The translations under genes and the position numbers were made by a program. From NCBI GenBank assembly GCA_977020255.1, contig CDROCS010000253.1, positions 1,550,001 through 1,614,000 on the forward strand: 64,000 bases of DNA. The letters are read 5' to 3'. The stretch is from Obrimoposthia wandeli (taxonomy: Eukaryota). This document shows positions 11,484 through 20,948 of the stretch, in pieces. The first letter of the stretch is position 1; each line of letters opens with the position of its first letter. Under the pieces are notes generated by a model that saw only the letters and a list, made by a program, of their open reading frames with translations, searched no databases and had not been told where the DNA came from.

Positions 11484-11731
11484 ATATCGGTCAACCCTGT
11501 TAGAGTCAGGGATTAAAATGCGCTAGCCGTGGGGGAGGCAGATAAGGTAGAGCTTGCTTTAGCTGGGTAGGCAATTCAAGCACAAAAGCAGCCATTAAAA
11601 CTCAATTTTCAATCCTACTTTTTCCAAATCCAGCTTATCCGCAATTTTATCCCTATCAAAATTAACAACAAGGACATGATGGCAGTGTGGTCGTTATGTT
11701 TTGATAATATAAAAAACAAGGAAGTTAATTA

Positions 11732-11782
11732 ATGCGAATGAAAGGTAAAATAATGAAGTGGGACGAAAATAAAGACGGGTAA
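11732..11782 (+). pseudogene. truncated N-terminus of a cold-shock-domain protein
   Basis: AAGGAAG RBS then MRMKGKIMKWDENKDG*, matching the G-K-I-x-x-W-x-x-x-K start of CSD/DUF1294 proteins but stopping before the GFGFI RNP motif. Confidence 0.55.
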
Positions 11783-12430
11783 TTAAATAATATTGTGTAC
11801 CATGGCAATATGTGCGAGATCAGCTGATGTGTTTGCATTTAATTTGCTTTTAATTTTCGTATTGTAATTACAAATTGTTTTGTAGCTAAGGCTAAGTTCA
11901 CTAGCTATGTCATGCGCGGTTAGACCCTTTGATAAAAGGCGAAATACATCGAATTCACGTGGTGATAATGCGCTAAGGGTATGATTCAAGTTTTCAACCT
12001 CGTGTAGGTTAATATCATCTTGCTCAGGTAATAAACCTTGCTCAACATAGCGCTTACCATCGGCAATAACAGCTACGGCTTTTGCGAGCACTTCAGCTGC
12101 ACTATTTTTACTCACATAACCTTTTGCGCCGGCATCTAAAGCGCGTTCAACATAAATTGACTCATCATGAATGCTATAGACTAAAATAAGCGCGTTGTGA
12201 TCGTGCTTACACAGTCGACGAATAGCTTCTAAGCCACCAATCCCAGGCATTGATAAATCCATCACTACTACATCAGGCTGAAAACGTTGGTACTCTTTAG
12301 TTGCCAATTCACCGCGTTCAATATCAACAATGTCACCAATAAAATCTTGCGAGGCTAATAACATTCTAAAGCCAGCTCTTACCACTGCGTGATCATCAAC
12401 CAACAAGACTTTTATTTTTTCTGTTTTCAT
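11783..12430 (-). CDS. NarL/LuxR-family response regulator (MoxX/MxcE-like)
   Basis: LLVDDH, VVMDLSMPG, GAKGYVSK and LSPREFDV motifs plus a LuxR-type HTH. Confidence 0.88.
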   Translation of the reverse strand: MKTEKIKVLLVDDHAVVRAGFRMLLASQDFIGDIVDIERGELATKEYQRFQPDVVVMDLSMPGIGGLEAIRRLCKHDHNALILVYSIHDESIYVERALDAGAKGYVSKNSAAEVLAKAVAVIADGKRYVEQGLLPEQDDINLHEVENLNHTLSALSPREFDVFRLLSKGLTAHDIASELSLSYKTICNYNTKIKSKLNANTSADLAHIAMVHNII

Positions 12431-13740
12431 TATTTACCTTCCCAATAAGGTAATTGAACAACAACGTTAACACCTCCGTTCAGCGCTGATTCTAGCGTAA
12501 ACTGCCCACCTAAATTTTCCGCTCTTTCTCGCATACCTAATAAACCAAACCCCGGAGAATTTAACTGACTTCCTTGGCCATCATCCGATATGGTAACCCA
12601 TACCTTATGACCTCGTTTAACTACTAATACAGCTACTTCAGAAGCATTTGCGTGGCGAACAACATTGGTTAAACATTCTTGAATAATTCGGTAAACATGA
12701 ATAGTAATATCATGACTCAATTTTTCTAGTGCGTCATCGTAGTTTAAATTAAATTGTAATTCAGGGCTACGTCGTTGCCATTCTCTAACCAAGTCAGACA
12801 AGGTTGCCCCTAACCCTAATTCGGTCAAACTAAGCGGGTGCAGGGTTTTCATCATTGAACGTACAACAACTGATAAATGATTACAAATATCAACAATAGA
12901 ACTGGTAACCGTTTTAACATCGGTATTATCCTGCTGACACGTTATCGCCATTGCCTTAATGGCTGTTAATGACTGCCCCATTTCATCATGCATTTCACGC
13001 GACATATTCTGCCTTTCTGTTTCTTGTATTTGCATGCTATGGCGTGCCAAGTCTTGGTTATTTTTCTGCGCTGTTTTTAAGGCTAATGAAATACCATTTA
13101 CTTCGGTAGCAATGGCATCAAGTTCTCGAATATTAAAATGAGGTAGTACATGATCAAAATGCCCAGTTTCCACTTGACGAAGACCAGATAAAATCGTTTT
13201 TACCGCCTGCAACATTGAATTAAACACAAGATTAACGGTAAAAAATATAATCGATAGCATAAGCACTATTGACCAAAAAAAAGCTTTAGTTTCTCCCCAA
13301 GCTTCACTTATTTCATCCATTGGATTGGCCGTAATAAAAATAGTTTTGGTTGAACCGTCTGCAATTTTAATATCATAGTTATGAGTAAGAAAATCAACCA
13401 TTACTGCTTTAATAAACCAGTGGGGGGTATCGCTTTCTTCATCATATATATACAGAGGCTTATTGCTTTGCAATGCAGTTTTATTATCTTCAATGGAAAT
13501 ATTTAAGTGCCTAACGGGTTGCATAGTAGCAAGTTGCTCTAACCATGCATCATTTTCTTTACTTGCCGAGGGGAGTTGAGTAAAACCAAATTCAATCATT
13601 TGTACCGCTAAATTAATTGAAGAGTCCACTTCATTTTCTACAGAACTTCTTGCCTGCCAAATCGCAATAATAGCACTAAATATTAGAATCAAAATAACCG
13701 ACACGATGATTCTAAGATTAATAAGTACACGTATACTCAT
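12430..13740 (-). CDS. HisKA_3 sensor histidine kinase with MoxY-like N-terminal region and HAMP
   Basis: SREMHDEMGQSLT H-box, IIQECLTNVVRHA, DDGQG, GFGLLGMRER; two TM helices; ARSSVENEVDSSINLA resembles LapD/MoxY N-terminal domains. The ORF track starts at 13755; ATG 13740 follows GGAG. Confidence 0.85.
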   Translation of the reverse strand: MSIRVLINLRIIVSVILILIFSAIIAIWQARSSVENEVDSSINLAVQMIEFGFTQLPSASKENDAWLEQLATMQPVRHLNISIEDNKTALQSNKPLYIYDEESDTPHWFIKAVMVDFLTHNYDIKIADGSTKTIFITANPMDEISEAWGETKAFFWSIVLMLSIIFFTVNLVFNSMLQAVKTILSGLRQVETGHFDHVLPHFNIRELDAIATEVNGISLALKTAQKNNQDLARHSMQIQETERQNMSREMHDEMGQSLTAIKAMAITCQQDNTDVKTVTSSIVDICNHLSVVVRSMMKTLHPLSLTELGLGATLSDLVREWQRRSPELQFNLNYDDALEKLSHDITIHVYRIIQECLTNVVRHANASEVAVLVVKRGHKVWVTISDDGQGSQLNSPGFGLLGMRERAENLGGQFTLESALNGGVNVVVQLPYWEGK

Positions 13741-14300
13741 TATGTAAAACTCCATTGAAAAGTAAGCGAGATAAAACCAATACAGTATATAGAAAGCTTC
13801 TTCATAATGTCAGTTTACGGGGTAGATTCTAAGAGTATACTGATAGAAATTACCAGTAAAACTATTCTATAAAATGCATAGTGACTACAACATAAACCAT
13901 AAGGATTGTATGTACAATACTTTTGGCTCATCCCTTTGTTTTTCATCATAAAATGTAATAATTCATCCTTTAGTATCATGGACATTAGTAATTAATCAAT
14001 AAAACTTTTTATTGATTAACTTTAACGTAATTATTATTCCAAATACCAGCCAAAAAGGAATTTTTCCTATAGTGAAATTATCAACAGTGCGATTAATATT
14101 TAACCTAAGGAAGCACAATGATTTGAAGAGAGCAGGATGACAGTAATTATAAAGAGCAGCAGCGATTTAGCAAAAGACAAAGTATTGCAACGAGAATGTT
14201 GCCTTAAGGATAAGTAATACAGGGGTATTGCACATGGATGGCATCTCCCCGTATTACTTTTACACGTTATATTAAAAAAAATTTATATTTAGGAAGATTA

Positions 14301-16613
14301 ATGAATAAAATTATTACGCTAACAGGCATACTTTGCACTTTACCCGTATTAGCTGATGACATAGAAAAAATCAATGTTTTTGGTCAAACACCGCTTTCAA
14401 GTAATATATCTACAGACGCTAATGTTATTGGTAGCGCTCAGATTATAACAACTGAAGACATCTCTCGCGCCCAAGCAATATCTTTGGCGGACCATATGAG
14501 AAACCAACTAGTCAGTGTAAATATTAGTGATGTTCAAAATAACCCTTTCCAACCTGATGTTCAGTATCGCGGCTTTACTGCATCTCCTTTATTAGGTTTA
14601 CCACAAGGTATTTCTGTTTATTTAAACGGGGTAAGGTTTAATGAACCTTTCGGTGATACTGTTAACTGGGATTTAATCCCTTTAGCCGCGCTTGATAATG
14701 TTGCATTATATTCAGGCTCTAATCCTGCTTTTGGTCAAAACACCTTAGGTGGTGCTTTATCACTGAAAACAAAAAATGGCTTTAGCTATACTGACAACGA
14801 AGTAGATGTGCTTTTTGGTAGTTTTGGGCAACAGCAATACTCAGTACAATCAGGTGGCAATAACGGTAACTGGGGATATTACTTTATTGCTAACAGCTAT
14901 AAAGAAGATGGTTGGAGAGATTTTTCGCAAAGTGAATTAAAACAAACCTTAGCTTCACTTAGCTATAAAGATGACAGCAATTTTGTAGAATTAACACTTG
15001 CTGCTAATGATAATGAAATGACAGGAAATGGCGCAGCCCCTGAAGAATTAATTGCCATTGAAGGTCGAGAAGCTGTTTATACCCACCCTGACAGAACCAA
15101 CAATGACTATAAATTAATTAGTATTTCTAGCGATTCTATTATTAATGAAAACTTATCCGTGCAAGCAAATGCTTATTATCGTCAAAATGAAATCAACGCT
15201 TTAAACGGTGATGACAGCGATTATGAAGAATGTGATTTTGGTGGTGAAACGTTATGTGAAGAAGATGAAGAAGATGATTCATTAACTCCGGTTGATTTTG
15301 TCGGTTTTGATGAAGGCACACCGTTTAGTGATATTACACAGACGATTGATCCCGATGACGTTGATGGTACCTTAAATGATGGCGCTACCGATAATACCAG
15401 CTATGGTTTTGCAACGCAGTTAATCCATATAACAAGCTTTGATAACTTTGAACAAGAATTTGTTTTTGGTCTAGGCATGGACAAAGCTGATATTAATTTC
15501 AACAGTAATACGCAGTTTGGTATCCTTAACAACGATTCAGCTGACGATGACCGCTCAGTCTCACCCACAGGAATTTTTGATAGCGAATCTCAAGTACGTT
15601 TAGATGTAACCACCGAACAACAATACATTTTTGCTTCTTACTCTATGGCTTTTGAACACGGCCTTACACTAAATATTGCCGGGCGTTACAATAACAGTCA
15701 CATTGTTATGAATGATCTTATCGATGACGGTGAAGGCTCACTTGATGGAAATCATAAATTTAATCGCTTTAACCCTGCTGTTGGCCTAAATTACGAAATC
15801 AATAAAAAATTCACCGCTAAACTAAGTTATAGCGAATCATCACGTGTTCCAAGCCCTGCTGAATTAAGTTGTGCTGATGAGGATGATCCTTGTAAATTAC
15901 CGAATGGCTTTGTTGCTGATCCACCGCTTGAACAAGTCGTTGCTAAAACAGTTGAAGCCTCATTACAATATAATACTGATTCAGTTGCAGCCATTGCGAC
16001 TGTATTTTCAACCAAAACGGTTGATGACATAATATTCCAACAAGCCGGCTCAACCTCTTCTGAAGGTTATTTTGTTAATATTGATAAAGTACAACGCCAA
16101 GGCGTGGAGTTAGCCTATTCAGTCGCGTTTGAAGACATATATATTGGTACTAGCTATAACTACTTAAAAGCGACTTTTGAATCACCTTTTGTCTCTTTTA
16201 GCCCGGTAAATCCACTAGGTGCAAACCGTCAAGTTACCCCTGGAGATGTTATCCCCGGTCAACCGCAACATCAAATAAAACTTCATGCTGATTGGACTAT
16301 AAACCAACAGATGAGTGTTGGTGCTGAGTTGATTTATGCATCAGATTCTTATTACCGTGGCGATGAAGCAAATGAGAATAAAAAGATACCGTCATATTCA
16401 TTTGTTAATGCCTATTTTTCTTACCAGATCAATAGTCAATTAAATTTATCTGCTAAAGTAAACAACCTATTTGATCGCGAATATGAAACTTTTGGTACTT
16501 ATGGTGAGGCCGATGAAGTATTAGAGGATTTTTATCCTGATGTTGAAGAGCCATACTTTGTTGGTCCTTCTAGACCAAGATCGTTATCTGTCAGTGTTAA
16601 TTATAAGTTCTAA
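14301..16613 (+). CDS. TonB-dependent receptor
   Basis: Plug NPFQPDVQYRGFTASPLLGLPQGISVYLNGVRFNEPFGD; C-terminal NNLFDREY...VNYKF. The ORF track starts at 14238; ATG 14301 follows AGGAAG. Confidence 0.92.
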   Translation: MNKIITLTGILCTLPVLADDIEKINVFGQTPLSSNISTDANVIGSAQIITTEDISRAQAISLADHMRNQLVSVNISDVQNNPFQPDVQYRGFTASPLLGLPQGISVYLNGVRFNEPFGDTVNWDLIPLAALDNVALYSGSNPAFGQNTLGGALSLKTKNGFSYTDNEVDVLFGSFGQQQYSVQSGGNNGNWGYYFIANSYKEDGWRDFSQSELKQTLASLSYKDDSNFVELTLAANDNEMTGNGAAPEELIAIEGREAVYTHPDRTNNDYKLISISSDSIINENLSVQANAYYRQNEINALNGDDSDYEECDFGGETLCEEDEEDDSLTPVDFVGFDEGTPFSDITQTIDPDDVDGTLNDGATDNTSYGFATQLIHITSFDNFEQEFVFGLGMDKADINFNSNTQFGILNNDSADDDRSVSPTGIFDSESQVRLDVTTEQQYIFASYSMAFEHGLTLNIAGRYNNSHIVMNDLIDDGEGSLDGNHKFNRFNPAVGLNYEINKKFTAKLSYSESSRVPSPAELSCADEDDPCKLPNGFVADPPLEQVVAKTVEASLQYNTDSVAAIATVFSTKTVDDIIFQQAGSTSSEGYFVNIDKVQRQGVELAYSVAFEDIYIGTSYNYLKATFESPFVSFSPVNPLGANRQVTPGDVIPGQPQHQIKLHADWTINQQMSVGAELIYASDSYYRGDEANENKKIPSYSFVNAYFSYQINSQLNLSAKVNNLFDREYETFGTYGEADEVLEDFYPDVEEPYFVGPSRPRSLSVSVNYKF

Positions 16614-16623
16614 CAATGAAAGA

Positions 16624-16648
16624 ATATTTACCCTAGTCGGGTAAATAT
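16624..16648 (+). terminator. probable intrinsic terminator after the TonB receptor
   Basis: ATATTTACCC-TAGTC-GGGTAAATAT followed by a T-rich tract. Confidence 0.6.
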
Positions 16649-16986
16649 CTTGTTTTCTCTTAATAATTAATACATCAACAACTCGACTTTGTGGATCAAA
16701 TTAATTGATCCACATATTTTCAAGAATAATTATTTAGAGGTTACTTATTCAGCTATAAATGGAAATGGATAAATTACGTAGCTATTAAATTCTATAACAA
16801 AACGTCAGCTATATTCTTTATGGCAGTTAATTATATCAATGTAGTATCCATTTCCTTAAAAACGTCTTCAAAATTAACCATTGTTAACGACTGTAATAGA
16901 CTCATTGTAACTGCTAGATATAGTGATTCGACTCTTTAAGCCTCAAAAAATTATCCTGTTATTATTAATTCTCATGTTGCCGTGAA

Positions 16987-17012
16987 TTCTCAACTTAAGT
17001 GGCGGTGATCAA
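16987..17012. repeat. 26-bp fragment of the intergenic repeat family
   Basis: TTCTCAACTTAAGTGGCGGTGATCAA is the exact reverse complement of 10608-10633. Confidence 0.75.
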
Positions 17013-17019
17013 ACCACAC

Positions 17020-17145
17020 TGCACCAGATGATCTCAGCAGGGTAGCTTTCTGCACGTTATTGGTGCGAACAAAGTAATAAAAAAACTCAATTAACCTCTA
17101 AGTATTTAATTAATAATATAAATTTATGTTGGCATGTGAATTGTA
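17020..17145 (+). promoter_or_regulatory. NtrC enhancer pair and sigma54 promoter of glnK-amtB
   Basis: TGCACCA half site at 17020; TGCAC-GTTATTG-GTGCG at 17051-17067, 31 bp later; TTGGCATGTGAATTGTA at 17129-17145 (GG-N10-GT, non-canonical -12). Confidence 0.7.
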
Positions 17146-17181
17146 TTATCAAGTTATTAGATATATAAAAACGATAACTAG

Positions 17182-17529
<348 letters not shown>

Positions 17530-17541
17530 AGGAGAACAATA

Positions 17542-18822
17542 ATGGAACAAAATATTTTTCAATTACAATATGCATTAGATACCTTTTATTTTCTAATGTG
17601 CGGTGCCTTGGTTATGTGGATGGCAGCAGGCTTCTCAATGCTTGAAGCTGGTCTGGTAAGAGCTAAAAATACCACAGAAATATTGACTAAAAATGTCGCA
17701 CTTTATGCTATCGCTTGCATCATGTACCTTATTGTTGGTTACGACATTATGTATGGTGGCGGTGTATTTCTAAATGGTATTGCCTTAGATGGTGCTAGTG
17801 ATGCTGAATCACTTGTCGGCGCAGTTTTAGCTGAATCGGCTGAAGCAGGGTTTGACGGAGGTGCCGTTTACTCGAATGCTTCTGATTTCTTCTTCCAAGT
17901 AGTATTTGTTGCTACCGCGATGTCAATTGTGTCAGGTGCGGTTGCTGAGCGCATGAAATTATGGGCTTTCTTAGCCTTTACTGTCGTATTAACTGGTTTT
18001 ATTTACCCTATGGAAGGTAGCTGGACTTGGAACGGTGAAGCTGTTTTTGGTTTATATACCTTAGGTGATTTAGGTTTCTCCGATTTTGCTGGTTCAGGTA
18101 TTGTTCATATGGCAGGCGCTTCTGCGGCATTAGCAGGCGTTCTATTGCTAGGAGCACGTAAAGGAAAATACAGTAAAGACGGTAAAGTTAATGCCATTCC
18201 GGGTGCTAACTTACCCATGGCTACATTAGGTACGTTTATCTTATGGATGGGGTGGTTTGGTTTTAATGGTGGTTCCGTATTAAAACTTGCTGACATTAAT
18301 AGTGCTAACTCAGTAGCTATGGTGTTTTTAAATACCAATGCAGCGGCTGCTGCGGGCGCTATTTCAGCACTTGTTTTCGCTAAAATATTATTCAAAAAAG
18401 CAGATTTAACCATGACCTTAAACGGTGCTTTAGCCGGTTTAGTTGCTATTACGGCTGAGCCATCAACACCGTCACCATTACAAGCAACAGTTTTTGGTGC
18501 TATTGCTGGCGTTATTGTGGTGATGTCAATTCTAGCATTAGATAAAATTAAGATTGATGATCCCGTAGGTGCTATCTCAGTTCACGGCGTAGTTGGCTTC
18601 TTTGGTTTAATGATTGTTCCTATCACTAACTCATCGTCTAGCTTTAGTGGTCAGCTTATTGGTGCAGCGACTATATTCGTTTGGGTCTTCGTTACTAGTT
18701 TCATTGTTTGGTTTGCCCTGAAAAAAATCATCGGTATCCGAGTTAGTGCTGAAGAAGAGTATGAAGGTGTTGATATCTCTGACTGTGGTATGGAAGCTTA
18801 TCCAGAGTTTACTCGAGGTTAG
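17542..18822 (+). CDS. amtB: ammonium transporter
   Basis: FFFQVVF, DFAGSGIVH, WMGWFGFNGGS and DDPVGAISVHG motifs. Confidence 0.96.
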   Translation: MEQNIFQLQYALDTFYFLMCGALVMWMAAGFSMLEAGLVRAKNTTEILTKNVALYAIACIMYLIVGYDIMYGGGVFLNGIALDGASDAESLVGAVLAESAEAGFDGGAVYSNASDFFFQVVFVATAMSIVSGAVAERMKLWAFLAFTVVLTGFIYPMEGSWTWNGEAVFGLYTLGDLGFSDFAGSGIVHMAGASAALAGVLLLGARKGKYSKDGKVNAIPGANLPMATLGTFILWMGWFGFNGGSVLKLADINSANSVAMVFLNTNAAAAAGAISALVFAKILFKKADLTMTLNGALAGLVAITAEPSTPSPLQATVFGAIAGVIVVMSILALDKIKIDDPVGAISVHGVVGFFGLMIVPITNSSSSFSGQLIGAATIFVWVFVTSFIVWFALKKIIGIRVSAEEEYEGVDISDCGMEAYPEFTRG

Positions 18823-18864
18823 AGTAAGAGATGCTAATTAACGTATAACAACTAGCGTTCAATC

Positions 18865-18903
18865 AAAAAAGCCGCATATCATAAGACGATATGCGGCTTT
18901 TTA
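18865..18903 (+). terminator. intrinsic terminator after amtB
   Basis: A6-GCCGCATATC-loop-GATATGCGGC-T5. Confidence 0.9.
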
Positions 18904-19019
18904 TTTGTTATGTTCACCAGCTTAATCAGTGTTTTGTTAGTTTGCTTGCTTTGGAATAGAAAGGCACTAAAATAGCGGCAATATTGTTGAAGATATTCTT
19001 CTAAGTTTAAGGAAAAAAT

Positions 19020-19415
19020 GTGAAAAAACTATTATTAGTCACTACTTCTATACTGCTTTCGTCTGTACCTAACTTTGCCCAAGCAGACATGAAAGTTGGT
19101 GTTGCACTCGATATGGATTTAAGTATTGTCGCGCAAATAGATCGCTACAATATCGTACTAGGTGATAGTGGCTTTGCGGTTGATTACTTAGTTAAAACCG
19201 GTCAATTTGATAATAAAACACCATTATCTTGGTATTTCGCTGGTGGCGGTTGGGCTGGTTGGAGTGATGGTTTTGGTGTTCGTGCTCCTGTAGGCGTTTC
19301 TTGGGACTTTGCTAAGGGCTGGGACTTATATGGACAGGTACAACCGGTAGCAAATTTTGACCATGATTTTAAACTCAGTGTTGATGGCGCGATTGGTGTA
19401 CGTTTTTCATTTTAA
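19020..19415 (+). CDS. small outer-membrane beta-barrel-like hypothetical protein
   Basis: Signal peptide ending AQA-D, alternating hydrophobic strands, GVRAPVGV, C-terminal GVRFSF. Confidence 0.65.
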   Translation: MKKLLLVTTSILLSSVPNFAQADMKVGVALDMDLSIVAQIDRYNIVLGDSGFAVDYLVKTGQFDNKTPLSWYFAGGGWAGWSDGFGVRAPVGVSWDFAKGWDLYGQVQPVANFDHDFKLSVDGAIGVRFSF

Positions 19416-19521
19416 GTGTGTAATAGACTTACTTGAATAAGTGGAACATGGGTATAGATCAATAACCATAATCTTAAATTTGTTTACACTGAGCCAATAA
19501 ATTGAATCTGAGTACTTAGTT

Positions 19522-20376
19522 ATGCGTTGGCGTTATTTCATTATTTTACAAGCTATTATCTTGTTAGCCACAGCAGGGCTCGTTTATAAACATCAAAATA
19601 AAGCTAAGTTAGTTAAAACCCCACCAATTGAATTGGCACAATGGTATAAGCCTGAAAATAAGCGTCAAGTTTGGCTGCATAATATGTTTAAACTTCGTCG
19701 AGAAATGCAGGCAGTAGAATTTTATGCGCGCAAGCAAGATGCGGAACATATGCAAACGTGGGCAGAGCAGCTTGCCAAGCACTACCTTAAAATTGCTGAT
19801 ATGGTGCCTGCTTGGCAAAAAAAATTAGCGATGAGTACTATGGCTGAGTTGAAGCTTGCTAGTGAACAAAGAGATTTCTCATCGGTATTAGTTCAGCATA
19901 AATCATTACAGAAAAGCTGTGACTCTTGCCATGATGACTATCAAGCAATTACTGCTTTGACCTATAGAACGCCTGATTTCTCAAATATTCAAATTACCCC
20001 CGAGCTAAGTTTTGTTGAGCATATGGATACGCTAACAAGGCAAGTGAATCAGATAAAAATTTCAGCGCAAGATGGTAATAAATCTTTAGCACTATCCTCT
20101 TTAGTCGGCCTTAATGATGAGATGGCAACGTTGGGAGAAACTTGTGTTGGTTGCCATAAAAAAGACAATAAGGCTTATCCAAGTGACGTAATGAAAAAAA
20201 CGCTTAGTAGCTTAAAAACGTCTTTAGAGTCAGGTACTGCTAAACAGCAAGGACGAGACCTTGGTACTTTGGCGGTGTTAGCGTGTGCTCGTTGTCATGG
20301 CACGCACCGCATTGCTTATGGTGCTAAAGAACATTTAGTTAAAGATGTTAGCTTTAGTGATTTAATAAAACACTAA
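19522..20376 (+). CDS. tri-heme c-type cytochrome (helical, cytochrome c'-like)
   Basis: N-terminal hydrophobic anchor; CDSCH, CVGCH and CARCH heme motifs at the ends of predicted helices. Confidence 0.8.
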   Translation: MRWRYFIILQAIILLATAGLVYKHQNKAKLVKTPPIELAQWYKPENKRQVWLHNMFKLRREMQAVEFYARKQDAEHMQTWAEQLAKHYLKIADMVPAWQKKLAMSTMAELKLASEQRDFSSVLVQHKSLQKSCDSCHDDYQAITALTYRTPDFSNIQITPELSFVEHMDTLTRQVNQIKISAQDGNKSLALSSLVGLNDEMATLGETCVGCHKKDNKAYPSDVMKKTLSSLKTSLESGTAKQQGRDLGTLAVLACARCHGTHRIAYGAKEHLVKDVSFSDLIKH

Positions 20377-20390
20377 AAACTAAAGATAAT

Positions 20391-20530
20391 GCCCACTTGT
20401 GCTGGTTAAAATACTCCAAGGCAAGACGCTCTCAATCCCAATAGTGAGCTATCGGGCTTGAGAGCGTCTTGCCTTGATATCTTCTCTCTATGCACAACCA
20501 GATCACGAACTTAATGAAAGTGGCATAACT
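20391..20530. repeat. intergenic repeat element with a perfect 19-bp stem
   Basis: CAAGGCAAGACGCTCTCAA (20417) / TTGAGAGCGTCTTGCCTTG (ends 20476); flanks resemble the 10429 element. Confidence 0.7.
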
Positions 20531-20595
20531 TGATCAATATCAAGCGTGCAGAACAGCTTTTACTGTTGTATTGGCGGACTAAATGCTATTATCTA

Positions 20596-20614
20596 AATAA
20601 TAGTAATTATCATT
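20596..20614 (+). promoter_or_regulatory. Fur box upstream of feoA
   Basis: AATAATAGTAATTATCATT matches GATAATGATAATCATTATC at 13/19 positions. Confidence 0.65.
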
Positions 20615-20667
20615 AGCTCTTAGGTTACCCCTTTGAGTAAGATGAATTTGTTTTTTGGATTTATATC

Positions 20668-20889
20668 ATGACTCTAGCTGAACTTCCCCTTAATAAACCA
20701 GCCAAAATTAGTGCTCTGCCGAAAGATGAAGCCATTGCTGCTCAATTAATTGAACAGGGTTTCACGCTCAGGTCACATGTATCATTAGCGCATAAGGCTC
20801 CTTTTAATGGCCCAATGGCTTTTCGCTTACACAATACTAAAATTAGCATTCAACGTGATATCGCAAAGCAAATTGGCGTTAGTCTTTAA
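20668..20889 (+). CDS. feoA: ferrous iron transport protein A
   Basis: SH3-like FeoA pattern (LIEQGF...KAPFNGPMAF); upstream of feoB. Confidence 0.9.
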   Translation: MTLAELPLNKPAKISALPKDEAIAAQLIEQGFTLRSHVSLAHKAPFNGPMAFRLHNTKISIQRDIAKQIGVSL

Positions 20890-20948
20890 TCTATAAGTTA
20901 ATCAATGAATGAGCTAATTCATTCATAGCAACCAAAAAGAATTTTTCC

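Noticed and set aside
11660-11699. Possible attC/attI site (TAAC...GTTATGT) ahead of the cold-shock stub
   Set aside because: Only about 40 bp, shorter than known attC sites, with poor L-box pairing; suggestive at most.
13756-14300. Search for a PqqA-like or other RiPP precursor near the MoxXY/TBDR module
   Set aside because: No small ORF with the ExxxY motif found here or in 16614-17190.
15345-15380. Lanmodulin-like EF-hand in the TonB receptor (DPDDVDGTL)
   Set aside because: One residue longer than the DPDxDGT loop and not in a helix-loop-helix context; kept only as a hint.
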